DNA of 62,561 bases, the filler included, from Nemertoderma westbladi (lineage: Eukaryota; Animalia; Xenacoelomorpha), in the NCBI GenBank assembly GCA_032718475.1. It is 3 parts of 3 records of this genome, joined end to end, with 100 filler letters (N's around TTAATTAATTAA, not from the genome) between each part and the next. Parts side by side here need not be neighbours in the genome. Positions count along the whole stretch, not along the records: positions 1 to 28,414 come from JAUCBJ010006303.1; positions 28,515 to 54,586 come from JAUCBJ010002689.1; 1 more part is not named here. One strand, written 5' to 3'. Position numbers and translations under genes: made by a program. Each line of letters opens with the position of its first letter. Position 1 is the stretch's first letter. This document shows, in pieces, positions 26,959 to 38,900 of the stretch. The notes beneath the pieces were generated by a model. That model worked only from the letters and a program-made list of their open reading frames with translations, was not told where the DNA came from and made no database searches.

Positions 26959-28056
26959 AGGACAATTCGGTCCCGGACAATTCAGTCCCAAAACACTAAA
27001 TAAATTGGACCGAATTGTCCGGGACCGAATTGTCCGAGGACCGAATTGTCCTAGGACCGAATTGTCCTAGGACCGAATTGTCCTAGAACCGAATTGTCCT
27101 GGACCGAATAGTACGGGACCGAATTTTCCGGAACCGATAGTCCGGGACCGAATAGTCCGGGACCGAATTGTTCGGGACCGAATTGTCCGGTTCCTGATAG
27201 CAACTTTTTAGTGCTTTTTTGATATTGGTGAATGTTCTAGAACATTAGTAGAGATATTTTTTTTATGGTAGCTAGTGTTATTTACTAGCTAGAATTTTTT
27301 GAAATTTTAAAAATACTATACTTTTTTTATTTTTGTTATTGGTAAGTGTTCGAGAACATTATTATATATTATTTATTAAGGTGTAGCTAGTGTTTTTTTA
27401 CTAGCTAGCATTTCCTTGAAATTATAAAAAAAACTTGTGAAAACATTGATATTTCAGAATTAGGCCTAAACTGTTGCTGATTATATTAATTACCAAAAAT
27501 ATTGATGATATTATAACAGTCCCTGAAAGAGATCCAGCTATTATCTAGGATAATAATTTAGGCTTGTTAACCAACCAACAACACATACAGTATACTTACG
27601 CAATATATTAAAAAAATCAGTTTTAAACATTTTAAATACATACTATTACTAGCTAGTAAATAATTCACAAGCGCTATAAAAACACCATGTAGCTACCATA
27701 AATAATAATGTTAACAAAAAAAAGTAAAATTTTTTGATTTTCAAAAAAATACTAGCTAGTAATAAAAACACTAGCTATCATATAATAATATCTATGAAGG
27801 TTCTAGAACATTCACCATTATATAGTACAGTAGTACCAATTAAATTTGGTCCCGGATACCCGGACAATTCGATCCCGGACAATTCGGTCCCGGACAATTC
27901 GGTCCCATTAATATGCATGTTTTGGGACCGAATTGTCCTAGTCAGTATCCGGACAATTCGGTCCCGGACAATTCGGTCCCAAAATAGAAAATCAAAGGGA
28001 CCGAATTGTCCCGGACCGACTTGTCCGGACCGAATTGTCCGGGACCGAATTGTCCT
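26959..28056. mobile_element. Element bounded by self-inverted arrays of a 15-bp unit (GGACAATTCGGTCCC)
   Basis: Termini AGGACAATTCGGTCCCGGACAATTC / GAATTGTCCGGGACCGAATTGTCCT. Arrays at 26959-27190 and 27860-28056. Absent from the paralogous site near 14580. Confidence 0.75.
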
Positions 28057-28240
28057 GTTTCCCCGCTTCAATGTTATATTCTCAATTTAGGGAAAGGAGC
28101 CGGTTACAGTGGCACGTTATTTTAACCAAAACAATAAACTAAACACAATATAACAGGTTACAGTTATATTTTTGAGAGTAATCAGCTATTATTTGCGTCG
28201 AATTTCCCCTGGAGAGGGATGAATTTTTATTGCGTCCAGT

Positions 28241-28274
<34 letters not shown>

Positions 28275-28414
28275 TATCTGCCTTTACTGCTTTACAATAT
28301 GTACTGCATTATTTAAATTCTGCCGTCTGCACATTAGGCTATCTGTGAGATATAGGCCTAACCGCCTAAGATATAACCACCGTATTTTTCTTAGATCAGT
28401 AGATGCAGAAGTAG

Positions 28415-28514
28415 NNNNNNNNNNNNNNNNNNNNNNNNNNNNNNNNNNNNNNNNNNNNTTAATTAATTAANNNNNNNNNNNNNNNNNNNNNNNNNNNNNN
28501 NNNNNNNNNNNNNN
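28415..28514. other. Assembly linker (N44-TTAATTAATTAA-N44)
   Basis: Exactly 100 bp with an all-frame stop linker; identical to the one at 54587. Confidence 0.98.
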
Positions 28515-28801
28515 ATTATATACTATCTAATTATGGTGGTGCAGATGCAGAATGGACTCTTCATTTTTTTTATTGTAACATTTCGATCTTCGGATGGTTA
28601 AAAAACTGATATAAGCTAAAGCTACGTCACTGTCCTAAATGAGCTAAACTTATTATTTTTGTTATTATTGTGCTATTCATTTCCATTTGGTACAGCAAAT
28701 CAGATAGACCAAGTGAAATGAGGCAAATCGAGGGACGTTACAATGGGGACAAATGGTGCCAAAGTGTCTAAGTGGGAGTGTCTAAGGTAGTCCACCTTGG
28801 G

Positions 28802-29080
28802 TTCCACCTTGGTGTAGTGGTTGCATTGAATTCACATCTCTTGTAGGTCGTGGGTTCGATCCTCACATGGACCAGGGCAGTTTTCGTTTCGGCACGAATG
28901 CTTTAAAGGGACCAGCCAGGGCGCATCTCTGCTTTGCATCCTTAAGTGGTAGCTAAATGAGTACTAGAGTTTCCTCTGGGGAGTAAAGTTCTGGGGGGAC
29001 CGCACTGGAAATAAGTCGTCAGACTTTGTGCGTAATCCCTGGCCTAGTGGCCGAAGAAAATTTACTTTTACTTTACTTTA
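28802..29080 (+). mobile_element. tRNA-derived SINE
   Basis: A box TGGTGTAGTGG (28810), B box GGTTCGATCC (28853), core GCATCC...TAAATGAGTAC, and a (TTTAC)n tail. Confidence 0.85.
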
Positions 29081-30013
29081 GTCCCAAAGGCTACTTGAAT
29101 TAACACCAGTTGCTCAGCTAGCTATTGTATTAATATGTAGTATAGATTACATCCAACTATGATTTAATAACTAAACATACATAGCATATTACTTGCTTAT
29201 CTCCAACCGGATTATACAATTTGCCCTGCAGGTGTTAATGTTTGATAGATTATCCGCCGGTATTTCAAAGGAAAAAAGTGCAATTATTGGTGCCAAATAC
29301 ATACGATATTTTGAACAATCTTTATTGAATGGCCATATTGCTGTTAACGACACAATTAAGTGATTATATAGAGATTACGTGCTAGGTAATCATTGAATTA
29401 AAATGTAGCCCCAGGGGTTGTAACTTATTGAGGACATTGTGTAGTATAAGTTAGGAGGTACATGTAAGCCTATATTCTTTGTAGTATTGTAGTAGGGTAT
29501 TAAAAATATGTGGCTGGCCACGAGAAAAGGGACCTTATGTCACCGGAGGTCGATTTTGAGTTATTAGGCCTATGAGATGCAGAATTTTCCAGAGATTTTA
29601 ACAAAAAAAACGGTGTCTCAATATCTATTTCCAAAAAAAAGTTATAGCGATTTATGTGAAGGTGAATCGGGTAGCTCTTTTCAAAATAATTTTGTTATTA
29701 AAAAAAATGGAAAATATTAATAATATCATAGCAATTCTTACTATATAGTTAGGCAGCTCAATGTTATTCGGCTTTTTATACAACTTTTAACACTTTGAAA
29801 CTATTAATATTGTTAAAGAAATTAAAAAAAAAAATTTTGGCAAAATTTTCAAAAATACATGTAACCAAAAAAATTTTTTTTTTAATTTAAATTTTTTTCA
29901 AAAACATAAATTTTTTCAAAAAACATTTTTTTTTACCAAATTTAAAATTATTCGTATTTTGAATTCTTTATTGGGAGTGTTGTAGATGTTTGTCCACCTT
30001 GTCCCACCCATTT

Positions 30014-30375
30014 TGTAGAAGGTGTCTATAAAATATCAAGACAAACGGACAGGAATTAATAAAATGACAAGCAATTGACATTTTAGAACATTATCGCCCC
30101 CTAGCGGCAGACAATTGAATATTACAGTCTAGGATTCATTCTCCAGTATAATTTTATATTGTAGAAGGTGTCTACAAAATTTCAAAACAAACGGACAGGA
30201 ATTAAGAAAATGACAAGCAATTTACATTCTAGAACATTGTCGCCCCCTAGCGGTGACTATTGAATATTACAGTCTGGGATTCATTCTTCAGTGTCACTTA
30301 ATAGCGCTGTAGGTGCTTACAAAGTTTCAGAACTATCGAACAGAAATGAACAAAATGACAGCCACATTGCATTTA
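30014..30375. repeat. ~146-bp tandem repeat (2.5 copies) containing CTCF-like sites
   Basis: TGTAGAAGGTGTCTA recurs at 30014 and 30160; CGCCCCCTAGCGG at 30095 and 30241. Confidence 0.85.
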
Positions 30376-31045
30376 AAAAATAACTGTAGGCCTACATTAC
30401 CTACATACTGTATTAGTACAATTTATTACAGTCCAAAATTCAGACATGAAAACCCTAAAACAGTGGGATATACAATACTGCAACATCTTATATTGCTTCC
30501 TGTAATTATTAGTTATTTCCTAGGTATATTGAATATCAGAACCAATTTGAATTTCCCTCATCGTTTTATACATTTCTAAATCTATAATCCAATTAAATTT
30601 GTTCAAAAATAGAGGGAAACTTTAAACGCGTATATCTCAGAATCAGGTTTTGCGACATATGTAGATTTCTTTACAAACGAGAAAGCATGTGGCTCTTCGG
30701 GCCACAGCTTTCCAGTGCACGTGCAGATAATATTAGAATATGTGTGGAGAAATGTGTGGCAGTTGGAGAACTGCATGCGAAACAGACATTTACCATCATA
30801 AAATAAAATACCGCCCCCATAGGAGATAACTGTCAAGTTTTAACTTCAGCGAATTGTAAATAACATCACCTCTACCTCTACATCTACCTCTGCAGACTGG
30901 TGAAAGTGATGCAGAGCATCGCTGCATTTCAGTTAACTGAACCGCTGCTATTGATAGGCCTACTGTACTGCTACCGGCAATAATTAGAAATACCTCCAAA
31001 TAACCCAATCAACTAGATTTTACACTAATTAATTAATTAATTAAT

Positions 31046-32050
<1,005 letters not shown>

Positions 32051-32340
32051 ATTGATTATATATATATATACACAATTAATTAATGCATCGGAAACTATGA
32101 TAATATCGATGCAACAATCGATCATTCAATTATTCTTTTTACAAATATTCAATAGTCCACATTCAGACTTCCGAGACGGTGGCAAAAAAACTAGACTTCC
32201 AAGACGTTATCAATATTATACAATGATGATCATATGTAAACAACATTATGAGCGCGTGGGCGGGGGGGGGGGGGGGGTGTATCAATCATATCTATTAAAA
32301 GGACAAATGTTAAAAATGTTCTCATCTGATCACCAATTAT

Positions 32341-32346
32341 TTTATT
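32341..32346 (-). promoter_or_regulatory. Candidate polyadenylation signal (AATAAA) of the T-box gene
   Basis: TTTATT on the plus strand about 100 bp downstream of the stop codon; the region is AT-rich, so chance occurrence is possible. Confidence 0.45.
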
Positions 32347-32443
32347 ACAAATAATAATAATTTAGTTTGTTAAATAATTAGTTTAGGTGAGTGTGTAATT
32401 GCAGCATCGACATAAGAACCCGAATGATGTTATATCTTAGAAT

Positions 32444-32914
32444 TTAGAAGTTTCTAGAATGTTCAACAAAGTATTGCAAATTTAGTGCGCGGAGGGCATC
32501 GTTAAATCGCGATGCATGCTGTTTGGTGGCCGGTATGGCGAACTGTCCAATAGGAGGCGGGATAGTGGGAGACTGATTATACTGCCCAATACGTGGAGGT
32601 GGAATAACTGGGGGCAGATTGTAATGTCCAATAGATGCGACTGTGTGTGCGGGGTTGTTCTCGGCAACTAGTTCGTTTATAGTAAACCCTGTAGGTTTAC
32701 GTGGGTTATGTTCAGTTTCGGTTTGCAGGTTCGGTATCGTATGGTGGTATCGGTAAGGAACCGGCCGAGGTATCCCTGGTAACGCAATGCAAGACCGCTT
32801 AGTCTGTCTCAGGATAAACTCGTCGTTATGTTTAAACTTCTCAACTCTCTTCGCTAGTCCGTTGTCGCGGAAACCTTTAGCGAAAGGGTTGTGGTTTATC
32901 TTCAGTTGGGTCAC
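32444..32914 (-). CDS. T-box gene terminal exon 6
   Basis: ttctttag| acceptor; encodes [19 protein letters not shown], then a Pro-rich tail to TAA at 32444-32446. Confidence 0.93.
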   Translation of the reverse strand: MTQLKINHNPFAKGFRDNGLAKRVEKFKHNDEFILRQTKRSCIALPGIPRPVPYRYHHTIPNLQTETEHNPRKPTGFTINELVAENNPAHTVASIGHYNLPPVIPPPRIGQYNQSPTIPPPIGQFAIPATKQHASRFNDALRALNLQYFVEHSRNF

Positions 32915-35900
32915 CTAAAGAATATAGAGAGTAAATGATAAGTTAGTTTTCTTTCGCTGTGACTCTGCAAGGTACCTTTTCATTCCAATACGCTGTGATA
33001 GTGTAACCCATATGCATTGACAGTGTGTATTACCCCTACCAACTTATTCGTTCCGATAGGCTGTAACAGTGTGACACCTACTAACCTATTCGTTCCGATA
33101 TGCTGTGACAGTGTGACACCTACTAACCTATTCGGTCCGATATGCTGTGACAGTGTGACCCCTAATAAGCTATTCGTTCCGATATGCTGTGACAGTGTGA
33201 CACCTACCAACTTATTCGTTCCGATAGGCTGTGACAGTGTGACACCTACTAATCTATTCTTTCCGATATGCTGTAACAGTGTGACCCTTACTAACTTATT
33301 CGTTCAGATATGCTGTGACAGTATGACCCCTAATAACCTATTCGTTCCGATATGATGTGACAATGTGACACCTACTATGCTATTCGTTCCGATATGCTGT
33401 GACAGTATGACCCTTAATAACCTATTTGTTCCGATATGATGTGACAGTGTGACACCTACTAACCTATTCGTTCCGATATGCTGTGACAGTGTGACACCCT
33501 CTAACCTATTCGTTCCGATATGCTGTGACAGTGTGACACCTAATAAGCTATTCGTTCCGATATGCTGTGACAGTATGACCCCTAATAACCTATTCGTTCC
33601 GATATGATGTGACAATGTGACACCTACTATCCTATTCGTTCCGATATGCTGTGACAGTGTGACCCCTAATAAGCTATTCGTTCCGATATGCTGTGACAGT
33701 ATGACCCCTAATAACCTATTCGTTCCGATATGATGTGACAATGTGACACCTACTATCCTATTCGTTCCGATATGCTGTGACAGTATGACCCTTAATAACC
33801 TATTTGTTCCGATATGATGTGACAGTGTGACACCTACTAACCTACTCGTTCCGATATGCTGTGACAGTGTGACACCTACTAACCTATTCATTCCGATATG
33901 CTGTGACAGTGTGACACCTACTAACCTATTCATTCCGATATGCTATGACAGTGTGACACCTACTAACTTATTCGTTCCGATATTCTGTGACAGTGTGACA
34001 CCTACTAACCTATTCGTTCCAATATGATGTGACAGTGTGACACCTACTAACTTATTCGTTCCGATATTCTGTGACAGTGTGAAACCTACTAACTTATTCG
34101 TTCCGATATTCTGTGACAGTGTGACACCACGTACCTTTTCGTTCTGATACGCTGTGACTCCAATGAACGAGGTTTCTGGGTAGACGTATGTGTGGAAGGC
34201 GTCCCAACGTATGGCCATAAGATCGTCGGCTCTCACAATGTGGAGACGTGGTTGGAATTTATGCATCGAGTTTAAAATTACCTAAAAGTAAAATGCGGTA
34301 CTTTATTGCTTTACGACAATTATTTGTTTAGTTTCTATAATGTTTTATTAAGCACTTAAGGTGACGCTGTGTGATAGGATTGCGAAGTCAAATACATATC
34401 CTACCGGACAGGGTAGACGTATATTGTCGTAATAAAAGACAATATTGTACAAGGTTGGTGTAAGCAGTTGTAGGCCAATGCAGTTCCAGGATCTCGTGTG
34501 GTGTACAACTGCTGGTGTAAGCAGTAGACCAATGCTGTGACAGGTTCCCGTGGCCGTGGTGTACAACTGCTGGTGTAAGCAGTAGACCAATGCAGTTCCA
34601 GGTTCCCGTGGTGTACAATGGCTGGTGTAAGCAGAAGACCAATGCAGTTCCAGGTTCCCATGGCCGTGGTGTACAACTGCTGGTGTAAGCAGTAGACCAA
34701 TGCTGTGCCAGGTTCCCGTGGTGTACAATGGCTGGTGTAAGCAGTAGACCAATGCAGTTCCAGGTTCCCGTGGTGTACAACTGCTGGTGTAAGCAGTAGA
34801 CCAATGCTGTGCCAGGTTCCCGTGGCCGTGGTGTACAACTGCTGGTGTAAGCAGTAGACCAATGCAGTTCCAGGTTCCCGTGGTGTACAATGGCTGGTGT
34901 AAGCAGTAGAGCGATTCAGTTCCAGGTTCCCGTGGCCGTGGTGTACAACTGCTGGTGTAAGCAGTAGACCAATGCTGTGCCAGGTTCCCGTGGTGTACAA
35001 TGGCTGGTGTAAGCAGTAGAGCGATTCAGTTCCAGGCTCCCGTGGCCGTGGTGTACAACTGCTGGTGTAAGCAGTAGACCAATGCTGTGCCAGGTTCCCG
35101 TGGCCGTGGTGTACAACTGCTGGTGTAAGCAGTAGACCAATGCAGTTCCAGGTTCCCGTGGTGTACAACTGCTGGTGTAAGCAGTAGACCAATGCTGTGC
35201 CAGGTTCCCGTGGTGTACAATGGCTGGTGTAAGCAGTAGAGCGATTCAGTTCCAGGCTCCCGTGGCCGTGGTGTACAACTGCTGGTGTAAGCAGTAGACC
35301 AATGCTGTGCCAGGTTCCCGTGGCCGTGGTGTACAACTGCTGGTGTAAGCAGTAGACCAATGCTGTGCCAGGTTCCCGTGGCCGTGGTGTACAACTGCTG
35401 GTGTAAGCAGTAGACCAATGCAGTTCCAGGTTCCCGTGGTGTACAACGGCTGGTGTAAGCAGTAGACTAATGCTGTGCCAGGTTCCCATGGCCGTGGTGT
35501 ACAACTGCTGGTGTAAGCAGTAGACCAATGCTGTGCCAGGTTCCCGTGGTCGTGGTGTACAACTGCTGGTGTAAGCAGTAGACCAATGCAGTTCCAGGTT
35601 CCCGTGGTGTACAACGGCTGGTGTAAGCAGTAGACCAATGCAGTTCCAGGTTCCCATGGCCGTGGTGTACAACTGCTGGTGTAAGCAGTAGACCAATGCT
35701 GTGCCAGGTTCCCGTGGTCGTGGTGTACAACTGCTGGTGTAAGCAGTAGACCAATGCTGTGCCAGGTTCCCGTGGCCGTGGTGTACAACTGCTGGTGTAA
35801 GCAGTAGACCAATGCAGTTCCAGGTTCCCGTGGTGTACAACGGCTGGTGTAAGCAGTAGACTAATGCTGTGCCAGGTTCCCATGGCCGTGGTGTACAACT

Positions 35901-38900
35901 GCTGGTGTAAGCAGTAGACCAATGCTGTGCCAGGTTCCCGTGGTCGTGGTGTACAACTGCTGGTGTAAGCAGTAGACCAATGCAGTTCCAGGTTCCCGTG
36001 GTGTACAACGGCTGGTGTAAGCAGTAGACCAATGCAGTTCCAGGTTCCCATGGCCGTGGTGTACAACTGCTGGTGTAAGCAGTAGACCAATGCTGTGCCA
36101 GGTTCCCGTGGTCGTGGTGTACAACTGCTGGTGTAAGCAGTAGACCAATGCAGTTCCAGGTTCCCGTGGTGTACAACGGCTGGTGTAAGCAGTAGAGCAA
36201 TTCAGTTCCAGGCTCCCGTGGCCGTGGTGTAAAACTGCTGGTGTAAGCAGTAGACCAATGCTGTGCCAGGTTCCCGTGGTGTACAACGGCTGGTGTAAGC
36301 AGTAGAGCAATTCAGTTCCAGGCTCCCGTGGCCGTGGTGTACAACTGCTGGTGTAAGCAGTAGACCAATGCTGTGCCAGGTTCCCGTGGTGTACAATGGC
36401 TGGTGTAAGCAGTAGAGCGATTCAGTTCCAGGCTCCCGTGGCCGTGGTGTACAACTGCTGGTGTAAGCAGTAGACTAATGCTGTGCCAGGTTCCCGTAGC
36501 CGTGGTGTACAACTGCTGGTGTAAGCAGTAGACCAATGCAGTTCCAGGTTCCCGTGGTGTACAACGGCTGGTGTAAGCAGTAGAGCGATTCAGTTCCAGG
36601 CTCCCGTGGCCGTGGTGTACAACTGCTGGTGTAAGCAGTAGACTAATGCTGTGCCAGGTTCCCGTAGCCGTGGTGTACAACTGCTGGTGTAAGCAGTAGA
36701 CCAATGCAGTTCCAGGTTCCCGTGGTGTACAACTGCTGGTGTAAGCAGTAGACTAATGCTGTGCCAGGTTCCCGTGGCCGTGGTGTACAACTGCTGGTGT
36801 AAGCAGTAGACCAATGCAGTTCCAGGTTCCCGTTGTGTACAACTGCTGGTGTAAGCAGTAGACTAATGCTGTGCCAGGTTCCCGTGGCCGTGGTGTACAA
36901 CTGCTGGTGTAAGCAGGTGATCAATGCTGTGCCAGGTTCCCGTGGCCGTGGTGTACAACTGCTGGTGTAAGCAGGTGACCAATGCTGTGCCAGGTTCCCG
37001 TGGCCGTGGTGTACAGCTGCCGGTGTAAGCAGTAGACCAATGCTGTGCCAGGTTCTCGTGGATGGGTACCGAGTCTAATTTGCCACTTAGTTGAAAAAAG
37101 CTTTTAGCTTTACCAAAGTTAATGTTATAAATAAATAATAAAGTAAGTGAAGAAAGGTTATCTTAAAGCTTACATGGCCTTGGCGATCGAGATTGTTGTT
37201 TGTGAGTTTCAGACGGTGAAATGTTACTGGTTGGCTCATCCATGTCTCCCCATTAGCTGGAGAATCTGGGTGGATATACAATCTGTAAAGTAAAATAAAT
37301 AGAGATTAATTAATTAAATCCATTCCGCATGTCATACATCTCAAGTGACACCAATATCACTGCTTAACGAGAAGGACATCGGATCACCAGCGTATTTTAT
37401 TAAATACGTACAGTATATGGTCTATATTCAACCGTCTGATGACCCCCCCCCCCCCCCCCCGCCATCCCTATGGCTTTCCCCTAAATCTAGTTGTTGCTCA
37501 CCTTCCAGGGAGTCTTGGCTCTGCTTTTCCTGACACCACCCAGCGGCTGTTGTGGAATTTGTATCGACAGTCGTCTATTGGCGCCAAATCCATTAGAAGT
37601 ATGTAGTTCGCGTCGGAATCCATTCCGGTAATTGTGTAGCGAATTGTTGGGAACATTCGCCTGAAAATAATTGTTTACTGAATATTTGGGAAAATTCGTC
37701 TGAAAGTAATAAATTGTAGCGAAAGAACAATAGTCGTTGTAAAATTATTATTACTATAGCACGAATGAAAAAATGCCATAATTTAATTATGCGGAGCGTT
37801 TCGATTTATTACATCAGTAATATCATAAGTAATAAGTCGTAAAGTCCCGCAAAATTAAATTAAGTCATTTTTTTTCATTCTCGCTAGTTATAATTTTTTT
37901 TACCAACGATTACGTTATCCAACTGGGACTTCAATAACAATAGTCTGAAAATGTTTGTTAAAGTGGCCTACCGGGAATGTAATGTATATTAAGTTCGAAA
38001 CGCGAAAATAATCTAACAAAATTCGCGATCCTCCATGGATTATGTATTCCATGTGACGCCGCCATTCCAGCCACTTGTGTTCGAAAACAATTTAGGGTTT
38101 ATTTTAGTGCCGATATGATAGGCTAGTTATTATACAGTTAATGGTCTGGGGGGAGGGAATTCATTAATAGAACATTACCTTATCTGATCACTCTAGGTTA
38201 TGCAGTCTGCTATAGTAAGCATATTTAAGGCTCTTATAGGCACCGTACAATATAGTACCGCACAATCAATCTACTTAGAACTAATTACAACCCTCTAATC
38301 TCCATCTGAGAAAAAATAGCACTGCATTATCCTTTGTAACGGTGAATTATTCACGTAGGCACCTGATTTTATTTTTGCAACGGCAGTAAATTCGCTGTTA
38401 GGGTTATAAATCCTTAGCTAAATAAAAATATTTCACAAAATGGAAATTACACGCTTCAATGGGTATTTCGGGGGGTCGAACCAGGTATTAACAATCACCT
38501 AGATAGAGACTACAACCATATAGTTCGCATTAACGTAGACATATTGACGCCTCGTAAACCAAAACAAAGAATGCCAGTTTTCCGCCCGGAAACGGACATA
38601 TTCGTATTCATATAACATAATTCGTTCGTTATGCTGTTCCTTATTCCTAGTCCTTATTCCTAGTCCTTATTCGCATCTGCTGATTTAGTTTCATAAATGA
38701 ATTCGGTTCGATAACGTTTCATTTTCACTCTCACAGAATCAGTTGTCATTTGTACATGGAATTATTTGTAGCAGATATTTGATTGTAAAATTAACATTTA
38801 TATAGTTGCATATATATATATATATATATATATACATTATATATATATACAGTGGGGACAGGGGGGACAGTGTACAGTGGGGACTACAGTATAGACATCC

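Larger units (their letters stand above)
17230..28292 (+). repeat. Segmental duplication, copy B
   Basis: Paralog of 5134-14785, with private insertions at 17362-21352, 22940-24400 and 26959-28056. Confidence 0.9.

Noticed and set aside
28459-28470. TTAATTAATTAA palindrome between N runs
   Set aside because: Synthetic scaffold linker. It also means adjacency across the gaps cannot be assumed.
29508-30720. Full TIR transposon around the 146-bp repeats
   Set aside because: The left end looks element-like, but only a few bases match at the putative right end.
34348-36924. Many overlapping ORFs up to 599 aa; superficially CRISPR-like regularity
   Set aside because: Head-to-tail tandem units with no unique spacers, no cas genes, and a eukaryotic intron context.
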